The position numbers were made by a program, and so were the translations under genes. A stretch of 64,000 bases of DNA. It comes from Minisyncoccia bacterium (GTDB lineage Bacteria; Patescibacteriota; Minisyncoccia; Phycocordibacterales; PALSA-1337). Under the pieces are notes generated by a model. That model was not told where the DNA came from. It was given only the letters and a program-made list of their open reading frames with translations, and did no database searches. Of this stretch, positions 9,184 through 18,400 are shown in pieces; the stretch's first letter is position 1; each line of letters opens with the position of its first letter. The stretch is from positions 243,751-307,750 of the forward strand of contig JBEKVT010000001.1 of NCBI GenBank assembly GCA_049997795.1. Reading direction: 5' to 3'.

Positions 9184-9816
9184 TTACTGGACCTTGTATT
9201 TCTCCTTCAATTGCTTGATGTCGCCCCTGATGATGAGATCGACTTCCTCTTTCTCCTCCATGAGCACCCCTTCGATTATGTCTTTCTGGTGATATTTGCT
9301 CTTGCGCGGCAGGACTTCGTTCTTCAGCTCCTCGAAAGTGACCTGGCACAGGCGCTCGCCAGGATAGAGCCGGACCGCCTGCGATCTGGTGTTGTTGCGG
9401 ATAGGGAGGACCAGCTGGCCGTCGTAGCCGGCGTCGATAAGGCCCGTGAGATCGAGCGACAGGCCCTTGCGGTTGGTCGAAGAGCGCGGATATAAGACGC
9501 CCATCAGGTTATTCGGCATCCTGATCGATTCCAAGGTCGAGACCAGGATGAATTCTCCCGGCAAAAGGTCGAAATATTGGCCCTGTTCGAGCTCCACCAC
9601 GTCGAAATACTCGTTATTGCGCTTGTCGAAATGGGTGATGTCCAGCGGTTCCCGGCCCCGCGGCGTCATGTGCCACATCTTGGGGATGAGGAAGGTGTAG
9701 CCGAGACGCAGGTCGACCGAATGTTCCTGGAGCTGGAACAGGTCGATGCCGGGCTTGAAGACCAAGGCGCCCGACCTCACTAGCTCGACGATCTGTTGTT
9801 TAGTAATGATGGCCAC
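9184..9816 (-). CDS. dcd: dCTP deaminase family protein (Dcd; possibly bifunctional dCTP deaminase/dUTPase) with C-terminal Lys/Glu-rich extension
   Basis: VDLRLG, SSTNRKGLSL and IDAGYDG motifs of the Dcd/dUTPase trimer fold; about 25 extra charged residues at the C-terminus. Confidence 0.75.
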   Translation of the reverse strand: MAIITKQQIVELVRSGALVFKPGIDLFQLQEHSVDLRLGYTFLIPKMWHMTPRGREPLDITHFDKRNNEYFDVVELEQGQYFDLLPGEFILVSTLESIRMPNNLMGVLYPRSSTNRKGLSLDLTGLIDAGYDGQLVLPIRNNTRSQAVRLYPGERLCQVTFEELKNEVLPRKSKYHQKDIIEGVLMEEKEEVDLIIRGDIKQLKEKYKVQ

Positions 9817-9838
9817 GGTCTGGTCTCGATGCCGATGG

Positions 9839-10675
9839 TTAAAGGATAAGCTTAAGCCCCTTGATGGGGTCCATAGGATTATACTGCCTCGAAAGGTTTT
9901 CCACTATCTCCTCCAAGAGTTTCGGGTCCTTATTCTCGGCACGGTCGAACGCGCCCGGCGGCAATTCGAGCCTGATCGTTGGGTGGTCGTTCTTCCGGCC
10001 CATGAGCTCCCGGGCGCCGTCGTAATGTGTGTCGTATATGTGGGCGTTCGAAATGGAATGCGAGTAGATCCCCGGTTTGACGCCGAGCTTCTGGGCCAGG
10101 AAGCATTGGAGCAGGGCGAAGCCGGCCACGTCGGCCCGACAGCCCAACATGATGTCGTTCGATCGGACGATGTTATGGAGATGCAAACGGCCGCCGACGA
10201 TGTTGACCGTGAATGTGTACGGGCACGGCACGTTCTTCTTCTTGATCGCCGATAATCCGTCGCTTCCCGGATCCCAGGTGACAACTACGGCTTGGCGCGA
10301 GCTCGGCTCGTTCTTCAAAAGCTCTATGAGGAGCCCCAGCTGGTCGCGGCCGAAATGCTTGCGCCAGCGGTAACCGTAGGCCACCGTCACGACGTCGCCC
10401 GGATTGGTGAATTCATCCCAGATATGGGTGTATTCCCGGAGGAAATCCTCTGGTTTCCGCGCCCCGGAGACGAACCACATCTGTTCGGCCACGAACATCT
10501 TGATGGGAGTCTTGATGAGAGTGAGCAGGGGAAAGCCGTCCTTCTCGAGATCGAGCTGGAAATGGACGCCGACCAGGGCCCTCGTCTCATGGCCGGTGCG
10601 TTCGGAGAATTCGACGATGCCGTTCTCCATGATGTCCTTCACCATATCGCGGTAGATCTCGTCGAACTTGGTCAT
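9839..10675 (-). CDS. thyA: thymidylate synthase-family enzyme (ThyA-like) with Asn-to-Asp substitution at the pyrimidine-specificity position
   Basis: Catalytic Cys in VPCPYTF (PCH region), RSNDIMLG (E. coli RSCDVFLG), then CRADVAGFALL where TS has PFNIASYALL: Asp182 (codon 10130-10132) replaces the invariant Asn. C-terminal HIYDTH matches THLY. Confidence 0.8.
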   Translation of the reverse strand: MTKFDEIYRDMVKDIMENGIVEFSERTGHETRALVGVHFQLDLEKDGFPLLTLIKTPIKMFVAEQMWFVSGARKPEDFLREYTHIWDEFTNPGDVVTVAYGYRWRKHFGRDQLGLLIELLKNEPSSRQAVVVTWDPGSDGLSAIKKKNVPCPYTFTVNIVGGRLHLHNIVRSNDIMLGCRADVAGFALLQCFLAQKLGVKPGIYSHSISNAHIYDTHYDGARELMGRKNDHPTIRLELPPGAFDRAENKDPKLLEEIVENLSRQYNPMDPIKGLKLIL

Positions 10676-10683
10676 GGCCGGCT

Positions 10684-10697
10684 AATTATATATAATT
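10684..10697. promoter_or_regulatory. perfect 14-bp AT palindrome AATTATATATAATT in the 37-nt divergent intergenic region (overlapping -10-like TATAAT boxes in both directions; possible operator)
   Basis: Read directly; it lies between the divergently transcribed thyA-like operon (-) and the dCMP deaminase-tmk-glyA operon (+). Confidence 0.4.
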
Positions 10698-10712
10698 GCG
10701 GAGATATTCAAA

Positions 10713-11189
10713 GTGAACAACCGTTACCCATACATCCCGGAAGGAAGGACGATCAAGTACGTGCCTGAGAGCGATCCATTCATGCGCGAAGCTAAACGGA
10801 CGCGCGACACGGATTCGACCGACCTCATCCATTCGACCGGCGCCGTCGTGGTTCTGAACGGCGAGCCCATCGGTCGGGCGGCCAATCAGTCTGCCCTTAA
10901 GAACAGGAAGCTTCTTGAGCTGCATAAAAAAGGCCTTTGCGTCAGGCGCTTGCTCGGGATCCCGTCCGGACGGAAGTACTGGCTCTGTCCAGGGTGTTCT
11001 TCGTGCAGGCATCACGCGGAATCCAGAGCCGTCAAAGATGCCGCATCACACCATCCTTCGATTGCCGGTGCTGATCTTTACCTCTATGGCCATTGGTGGT
11101 GCTGTAAGCCGTGTTGGGATGCTATGATCGAGGCAGGGATCAGGGACGTATACCTAGTCGAGGGAGCAGACGAATTATTCAAGAGATAA
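10713..11189 (+). CDS. dCMP deaminase (cytidine/deoxycytidylate deaminase zinc-binding fold)
   Basis: HAE zinc-ligand motif (CRHHAESRAV) and PCxxC (CCKPCWDAM); 158 aa. Confidence 0.8.
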   Translation: MNNRYPYIPEGRTIKYVPESDPFMREAKRTRDTDSTDLIHSTGAVVVLNGEPIGRAANQSALKNRKLLELHKKGLCVRRLLGIPSGRKYWLCPGCSSCRHHAESRAVKDAASHHPSIAGADLYLYGHWWCCKPCWDAMIEAGIRDVYLVEGADELFKR

Positions 11190-11201
11190 GCATACAAGAA
11201 C

Positions 11202-11837
11202 ATGAAACCGAAATTCATCGCCATCGAAGGAGGAGAAGGCTCCGGCAAGTCGACGCTCGTCGCCGCCCTGAAGGAAGAGCTCGGCGATTCCGTCTTCTTT
11301 ACCCGTGAGCCCGGCGGCTCGCCTTATGCCGAGGTGATACGGGAGACCACCCTGAAGAATCCGCTCGCCAAGACGGCTCCAGCCGATACTACCCTCTGTC
11401 TCATGTTCGCTGCCCGGTTCGACAACGCCGTGAATGCCATCGAGCCGGCCTTGAAGAAAGGCCTGTCTGTCATCGCCGATCGTTTCGACGGCTCGTCTTA
11501 TGCCTACAACGTTTCGGCCCAATCTGATTACGCCCTCGAGCCGCTCTTCTGGGACCTGAGGAGGCGACTTTCCATCATCCCGGACCTCTATGTTTGGATA
11601 GACGTCGATCCGAAAGAAGGGATGCGGCGAACCCGTTCCCGCAACGATTCGTCGGTCGCCAGAGGGAAGTACGACCACTTCGATGACCGGGAGATCGCAT
11701 TCCACGAGAAGGTCAGGGCGGGATATGCGAAGCTAATGGCCAAGGTCCCGCATGCCGTGATCGACGCCAACCGGCCGCTTGAAGAGGTTAAGCGCGACTT
11801 CATCGCCGAGGTCAAGAGACAGCTGGGAATGAGCTGA
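11202..11837 (+). CDS. tmk: thymidylate kinase
   Basis: MKPKFIAIEGGEGSGKST P-loop, DRF motif (VIADRFDGSSYAY), lid region; 211 aa. Confidence 0.9.
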   Translation: MKPKFIAIEGGEGSGKSTLVAALKEELGDSVFFTREPGGSPYAEVIRETTLKNPLAKTAPADTTLCLMFAARFDNAVNAIEPALKKGLSVIADRFDGSSYAYNVSAQSDYALEPLFWDLRRRLSIIPDLYVWIDVDPKEGMRRTRSRNDSSVARGKYDHFDDREIAFHEKVRAGYAKLMAKVPHAVIDANRPLEEVKRDFIAEVKRQLGMS

Positions 11838-11900
11838 TCTCGAGAGCAGATCCTTTGTCCGCCCGCATCCTCATGGGAGCAGGCGGACTTTTTTACCGGT

Positions 11901-13127
11901 ATGCTACAATTTATAACCGTGAAAGACGTCCAAATCCGAAAACTGATCGAAGCCGAGAAGAAAAGGCAGAAAAAGGTCGTCAACCTGATCGCCTCGGAGA
12001 ACTACGTCTCGAAGGACGTGCTCGAGGCCTTGGGTTCGGAGCTTACGAATAAGTATGCCGAAGGCTACCCCGGTCGGCGCTATTACGGCGGCAATGAGAT
12101 CGTCGACAAGATCGAACGCCTCTGCGCCGAGCGCGCCCTCAAGCTCTTCGGGCTCGACCGGAACGAGTGGCACGTGAACGTCCAACCGCTCTCCGGCTCG
12201 CCGGCCAACCTGGCCGTCTACGTGGCCCTTGTGCCTCAGGGCGGTAAGATCATGGGCATGTCGCTCGACCACGGCGGCCACCTGACGCACGGCCACAAGG
12301 TCTCGTTCACCGGCAAATCATGGACGCAGGTCCCTTACGGCATCGACCCGATCACGGAGACCGTGAATTACGACCAGCTCCTCGAGAAAGCCATGAACGA
12401 GAAGCCGGACATCCTGGTGGCCGGCTACACGGCTTACCCACGGGCGATTGACTGGGCCAGGCTGCGCAACGTGGCTGATGCCGCGAACGCCATCTTCATG
12501 GTGGACATGTCCCATGTCGCGGGCTTGGTGGCCGGCGGCGCATACCCGTCGCCCTTTCCGCACGCCGACATCGTCACCACTACCACGCACAAGACTCTGC
12601 GCGGTCCGCGCGCGGCCATGATCTTCGCCAAGAAAGACGCCCGCGAGCTCGACAAGAAGATAGACAAGGCCGTCTTCCCAGGCCTCCAAGGAGGGCCTCA
12701 CATGAATCAAATTGCCGCGGTAGCCGTGGCCTTGAAGGAGGCGTCCACTTCGTCGTTCCGGAGATACGCGGCCCAAGTGGTGAAGAACGCCAGAGCCTTG
12801 GCCGACGAGCTCAAGGGCCGCGGCTGGCGGCTCATATCCGGCGGCACCGATTCGCATCTCATATTGATGGACACCTGGATGAGCGACCTCGTCAACGAGA
12901 AAGGCGCTGGCGGCGTCCCCGGCAAGGAGGGGAGCGAGCGCCTAGAGAAGGAAGGCATCGTCGTCAATAAGAATGCCATACCGTTCGACAGCCGGCCGCC
13001 GGCCGATCCGTCCGGCATCAGGCTCGGCACGGCGGCGGAGACGACCCGCGGCAGGAAAGAGAAGGATTTCAGGAAGATAGCCGACAGGATTGACAAGATC
13101 TTGAAGAAGCGCAATAAGCGGTCCTGA
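11901..13127 (+). CDS. glyA: serine hydroxymethyltransferase
   Basis: LIASENYVS, YAEGYPGRRYYGG, and the PLP-lysine region TTTTHKTLRGPR; 408 aa. Confidence 0.95.
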   Translation: MLQFITVKDVQIRKLIEAEKKRQKKVVNLIASENYVSKDVLEALGSELTNKYAEGYPGRRYYGGNEIVDKIERLCAERALKLFGLDRNEWHVNVQPLSGSPANLAVYVALVPQGGKIMGMSLDHGGHLTHGHKVSFTGKSWTQVPYGIDPITETVNYDQLLEKAMNEKPDILVAGYTAYPRAIDWARLRNVADAANAIFMVDMSHVAGLVAGGAYPSPFPHADIVTTTTHKTLRGPRAAMIFAKKDARELDKKIDKAVFPGLQGGPHMNQIAAVAVALKEASTSSFRRYAAQVVKNARALADELKGRGWRLISGGTDSHLILMDTWMSDLVNEKGAGGVPGKEGSERLEKEGIVVNKNAIPFDSRPPADPSGIRLGTAAETTRGRKEKDFRKIADRIDKILKKRNKRS

Positions 13128-13157
13128 CTGGTTACTGGTTTCTCCATAAAAAAGATG

Positions 13158-13187
13158 GGCGCAGTACGCACGAGTACGTACTGCGCC
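13158..13187 (+). terminator. perfect 11-bp inverted repeat hairpin downstream of glyA (non-canonical terminator or regulatory hairpin)
   Basis: GGCGCAGTACG-cacgagta-CGTACTGCGCC, 30 nt after the glyA stop; an A-run precedes it but no U-run follows on the plus strand. Confidence 0.35.
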
Positions 13188-13423
13188 GGCCGCCCCATCC
13201 TGCGGGAAACCGCAGAGGGGCAGGGAGGAGGAGGGTTCAGAGGGATACTGCCCTGAAAAGAGCCGAGAGTTTAATCTCACAGTTCGCGCTTGGGTTGATG
13301 TCTGGCTGACAAGCGCGGGACGGCTGTCTGCTATCCCTTTTACCCGCCGGAATCAATACTAGCTTATCTTATGGAATAAGTCAAGAAAATCCTGTATCGC
13401 TATCGCGCCGCGGCTCTGTTACA

Positions 13424-15196
13424 ATGTTTTTCATGAAAGAACGATTGACCGAGAAGCTCAAGGCCGTCGCAGCGTCCGTCGGCATCAAGGAAGCCCTCGT
13501 AAGCCTCGAATACCCGACCGACCCGGCTCACGGCGATTTTTCCACGAATGTCGCTTTGGTCGGCGCCGACAAACTTAAGACCAGCCCGCGCGTTCTGGCG
13601 GAAAAGATCGTCGCTGAATTAAAAAAGGACGCACCCGATTTCATCGGTTCAATTGAGATCGCCGGTCCGGGCTTCGTCAACTTCAAGATCAAGGACAAAG
13701 CGCTCGCGGAAGCGGTTGTCGGGATCGCGGCCAACAAGGACGACCTCAAGGGGCCGAAGGCCGATCCCGCGAAAAAGGTGATGGTGGAGTACACTGACCC
13801 GAATCCGTTCAAGGTCTTCCATATCGGCCATCTCATGTCGAACGCCATCGGCGAATCACTGTCCCGGCTCATCGAACATTCCGGCGCGAAGGTCATCCGA
13901 GCGTGCTACCAAGGCGACGTCGGCCTGCATGTGGCCAAGACTATCTGGGGGATAAAATTCTTTCACCCAAACAATATAAAAGATTTCAACAGTCTGAAAA
14001 ATAAAGGCTCTCTTAATGACAGGATGCTCCTTTTAGGAAACGCTTATATAAAAGGCAGCGGGGCTTATGATGCTGCTGATTTATCAGGCTCGGTATCCGG
14101 CGGATCAGCAAAGTCAGATTTACAAAAAGAAATAGATTTAATCAACAAGAAGATTTTTGAAAAATCTGATTCAGAAATCAACGAAATCTACGAGACTGGC
14201 CGGAAATGGAGCTTGGAATATTTCGATTCCGTCTACGCGCGCCTCGGCACTAAGTTCGACAAGCTATTCTTTGAGAGCGAGGTCGGCAAGGCGGGCGTAA
14301 AGGCGGTGAACGAATTCCTCGGCAAGGGAGTCTTCGAGAAAAGCGAAGGCGCGATCGTCTTCAGGGGCGAGAATCATGGATTGCACACCAGAGTCTTCAT
14401 CACTTCGCATGGATTGCCGACCTACGAAGCCAAGGAGCTTGGTTTGAATGAGGAGAAGTTCAGGCTCTGTCCTGACTTGACTGAGTCGGTCATCGTCACC
14501 GGGAACGAGCAGGACGATTATTTCAGGGTGCTGCTCAAGGTATTGTCGTTGACTGCGCCGGAAATCGCGAAGAAGACCAGGCACCTGAGCCACGGCCTGA
14601 TGCGTTTTGCTTCAGGCAAGATGTCGTCGCGCAAAGGGAACATCATATCCGCCGAGTCGTTGATCGACGACATCAAAACCATGGTTTCTAAAAAAATGAT
14701 CGGCCGGGAATTCTCCGCTGCGGAAGCCGATAAAGTCGCCGATCAAGTGGCGATCGCCGCCATCAAATACACCATCCTGCGCCAGTCGATCGGCGGCGAT
14801 GTCATCTTCGATTCGGCCAAGTCGATCTCTTTCGAGGGCGACTCCGGGCCTTACCTCCAATATTCAGCTGTTCGCGCGCAGTCTGTCTTGAATAAGGCCG
14901 GGAAAGCCGCCGCCCCTCCCGCCCGGAAGCTTCCAGACAAAGTCGGACTGCTAGAAAGATTGATCGCCCGCTTCCCGGACGTCGCTCTGCGCGCCCGGAC
15001 CGAATACGCGCCGCAGCAGGTCGCCAGCTATCTGATCGAGCTGGCCGGGGCTTTCAACGGCTTTTACGCGCGCCAGGAGATCATCAACGAAAAAGACCCG
15101 CTCTCGTCTTATTATCTGGCGTTGACGCGGGCGTTCCTCACGACCATGACCGAGGGCCTAGGGCTCCTCGGCATCAAAGTCCCGGACAAGATGTAG
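13424..15196 (+). CDS. argS: arginyl-tRNA synthetase
   Basis: HIGH motif (FHIGHLMSNAIG), class I Rossmann fold and DALR anticodon-binding C-terminus (ends ...GIKVPDKM). Contains a low-GC patch at about 13960-14200. Confidence 0.9.
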   Translation: MFFMKERLTEKLKAVAASVGIKEALVSLEYPTDPAHGDFSTNVALVGADKLKTSPRVLAEKIVAELKKDAPDFIGSIEIAGPGFVNFKIKDKALAEAVVGIAANKDDLKGPKADPAKKVMVEYTDPNPFKVFHIGHLMSNAIGESLSRLIEHSGAKVIRACYQGDVGLHVAKTIWGIKFFHPNNIKDFNSLKNKGSLNDRMLLLGNAYIKGSGAYDAADLSGSVSGGSAKSDLQKEIDLINKKIFEKSDSEINEIYETGRKWSLEYFDSVYARLGTKFDKLFFESEVGKAGVKAVNEFLGKGVFEKSEGAIVFRGENHGLHTRVFITSHGLPTYEAKELGLNEEKFRLCPDLTESVIVTGNEQDDYFRVLLKVLSLTAPEIAKKTRHLSHGLMRFASGKMSSRKGNIISAESLIDDIKTMVSKKMIGREFSAAEADKVADQVAIAAIKYTILRQSIGGDVIFDSAKSISFEGDSGPYLQYSAVRAQSVLNKAGKAAAPPARKLPDKVGLLERLIARFPDVALRARTEYAPQQVASYLIELAGAFNGFYARQEIINEKDPLSSYYLALTRAFLTTMTEGLGLLGIKVPDKM

Positions 15197-15197
15197 C

Positions 15198-15314
15198 CTA
15201 GTGAGGCAGAGCGCTCATGAAAGCGCCGATGTAGTACGGCCAGATGATTAGAGCCAGGACCCCGTTCCAGAAGGAGAGCTGCAGGAAGCCGATGGTGAAG
15301 AGCCAGCCGATCAT
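15198..15314 (-). CDS. candidate 38-aa hydrophobic small membrane protein
   Basis: Minus strand: GGGAGG then 7-nt spacer then ATG; MIGWLFTIGFLQLSFWNGVLALIIWPYYIGAFMSALPH*. It lies in the argS-ileS intergenic gap. The alternative frame MDDRLALHH... (track ORF 15112..15318) looks non-coding. Confidence 0.3.
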   Translation of the reverse strand: MIGWLFTIGFLQLSFWNGVLALIIWPYYIGAFMSALPH

Positions 15315-15422
15315 CCATATGCCTCCCAAGAAGCTATGTTGTTCTACTTTTACGATGCTCACGCGATAAGTATATAATCAATGAGCGAAAAATGATAGAA
15401 TACCTTTGCATATCTGGAAAAT

Positions 15423-18400
15423 ATGGCCGATTCACCTGATAGTCTGAAGAAATCCTCTCACGCCGAAAGGGAAGAGCGCATCCTGAAGTTCTGGAAAGAC
15501 AAGGATATCTTCAAGAAGAGCCTCGATAAAGAAGCGCCGAAAGGCGAGTTCGTTTTCTACGAGGGTCCGCCGACGGCCAACGGCCGCCCGGGCATCCATC
15601 ACCTCGAGGCCCGCGCCTTCAAAGACGTTATCCCGCGCTTCCGGACCATGCGCGGCTATCATGTGCGCAGAAAGGGCGGCTGGGACACTCACGGCCTGCC
15701 CGTCGAGCTGCAGGTTGAGAAGGATCTTGGTTTGAAGTCCAAGAAGGAGATCGAGAGCTACGGCATCGAGAAGTTCAACGACAAGTGCAAGGAGAGCGTC
15801 TGGACCTACGTGCGCGAGTGGGAGGATTTCACCAACCGCATGGGGTACTGGGTTGACCTCAAGGACCCATATATTACCTACAAGCCGGAGTACATGGAAT
15901 CGCTCTGGAACATAGTGAAGACCGTCGACAAGAAAGGCCTGCTCTACAAGGACTACAAAGTCGTGCCCTGGTGCCCACGATGTGGTACGGCACTGTCGTC
16001 TCATGAGTTAGCCCAAGGGTATGCGGATGTGAAGGATCTGGCGGTGACGGTGAAGTTCAAATTGAAAGCCGGCCAAAAGATCGGCGATTTTACGACCGAC
16101 GATAAGACTTACATCCTAGCTTGGACGACAACGCCATGGACCTTGCCGGGAAACGTCGGATTGGCGGTCGGTAAAAATATTATCTACAACAGGATTGAAT
16201 TAAATGGCGAACAGTTAATTGCTTCACATGACGCGATAGTTAGGTTGGATATGTTTAAAACCAATCCGAGTTATAAGGTAATTGAAAAAGGAATATCAGG
16301 ATTTAAATTGGTTGGTTTGGAATACGAACCCCTCTACCCGTTCTTAAAAGACAGTATCTCCGGTGCCGAGAAGGAAAAGCTACCGAACGCTTACAAGGTC
16401 TATCTGGCCGACTTCGTCACGACAGAAGACGGCACGGGCGTCGTGCACACGGCAGTCATGTACGGCCAGGACGACTTCGAACTAGGCGTGAAGGTCGGTC
16501 TGCCGAAATATCATCTGGTGAACGAAGACGGGACATTCAAGAAGGAAGCCGGCTTCCTGGCGGGGAAGTTCGTGAAAGACGAAGCGACCGACGTCGAGAT
16601 CATCAAGGACCTGGCACACCGCGGCCTCCTGTTCCACAAAGAGAAGCACGAGCACAGCTATCCTTTCTGCTGGCGATGCCAGACGCCGCTCATCTACTTC
16701 GCCCGCGATTCTTGGTATATCGGGATGTCGAGGCTGCGCGACAAGCTGGTCAAGGAGAACGAGAGCATCCATTGGGAGCCGGAACACATCAAGGAGGGCC
16801 GCTTCGGCGAATGGCTCCGCGAGGTCAAGGACTGGGCCTTTTCCCGCGAGCGCTATTGGGGCACACCTCTCCCCGTATGGGTCTGCGACAGGTGCGGCGC
16901 GAAGAAGGTGGCCGGCTCCGTCGCCGACGTCTCGAGGAAGCCCCGCAACACCTACTATGTCATGCGCCATGGCGAGGCCGGGAATAACGCCAAGGCAGTC
17001 CTGAATTATTCTGAGAGGGACCTGCATCCCCTGACGGAGAAAGGCCGTGGGCAGGTGAGGAAGTCGGCAGAGGGGCTGAAGGGCGCCGGAATAGACGCGA
17101 TATATTGCTCGCCGTTCATCCGCGCCAGGGAGACGGCGCAGCTCGCGGCCGAGGCCATAGGACTGAAGAAGGAAGATGTCAAGATCGAAGAACGCCTGCG
17201 CGAATTCAACATGGGGGATCTCGACGGGGAGCCGATCTCCAGGCTGACGACGGAATTCCCCGACGAAGTCAGGTTCGACAGGTGGCCGGAGGGAGGGGAG
17301 AGCTACGCCGACATCAAAAAGCGCATGGGGAGCTTCCTCTATGAGATGGAAGAGAAACATCAGGGCAAGACCATCCTCATCGTCTCTCACGAGACGCCGC
17401 TCTTCCTCTTAATATCCGCGGCCGAAGGCCTGGATCGCAAGCAGACTCTCGCCATGAAGCCGCAGCACCGCTTCATCAGTAACGCCGAAGTGCGCAAGCT
17501 CGAATTCACGCTCCTGCCGCACGACGCCGAATATGAGCTGGATCTCCACCGCCCTTATATAGACGAGGTAAGGCTTCCTTGTGCCTGCGGCGGAGAGATG
17601 AGGCGCGTCAAGGAAGTCATGGACGTCTGGTTCGATTCCGGGGCGATGCCTTTTGCTCAAGATCACTACCCATTCGAAGGCAAGAGAGGCGGACTTCTCG
17701 GCCGGTTCGGCGGTCAAAAGCTCGCCTACCCGGCTGATTTCATCTCCGAGGCCATCGATCAGACGCGCGGCTGGTTCTACACCTTGCATGCGGTGGGTGT
17801 CCTTATGGGCCGCGGCAAGGCCTTCAAGAACGTCATCTGCCTCGGTCTCATCCTCGACGCCGAAGGCAAGAAGATGTCCAAGTCCGTAGGCAACGTCATA
17901 GATCCAGCGGTCATGATGGACAGATACGGCGCGGATGCCCTGCGCTTCTGGATGTATTCGATCAATCAGCCGGGTGAATCCAAGAACTTCGAAGAGAAGA
18001 CCGTGGACGAGGTCGTCAAGAAGGTCTTCAACCTGATCTCCAATACGACGGTCTTCTACAAGATGTACGCAAAAGCCGACGTTGAACCGTCTTCGGACTC
18101 TGAAAACGTCCTTGATCGCTGGATCGTCGCGCGGCTGAATCAGTTAGTCGCTGATACCACGAAAAATCTGGATGATTACATTCTGTTGGAACCGGCGCGC
18201 GCCATCAGGGATTTCGCCGCAGACCTCTCGCAGTGGTATCTGCGCCGCTCGCGCGGACGATTCAAGGGAGAGGGAAGCGACAAACAAGCCGCACTGGCCA
18301 CGACCAAATACGTCCTACTCACCCTGGCTAAGGTAATGGCACCGTTCACGCCGTTCTTCGCGGAGGAGCTTTACCGGGATGTCGGCGGCGAGAAAGAGAG

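Noticed and set aside
16930-17570. Possibility that the IleS insert is an intein or a mobile element.
   Set aside because: No Cys/Ser-His-Asn intein splice junctions, no homing-endonuclease motifs, normal GC content; the sequence instead matches the RHG histidine phosphatase fold.
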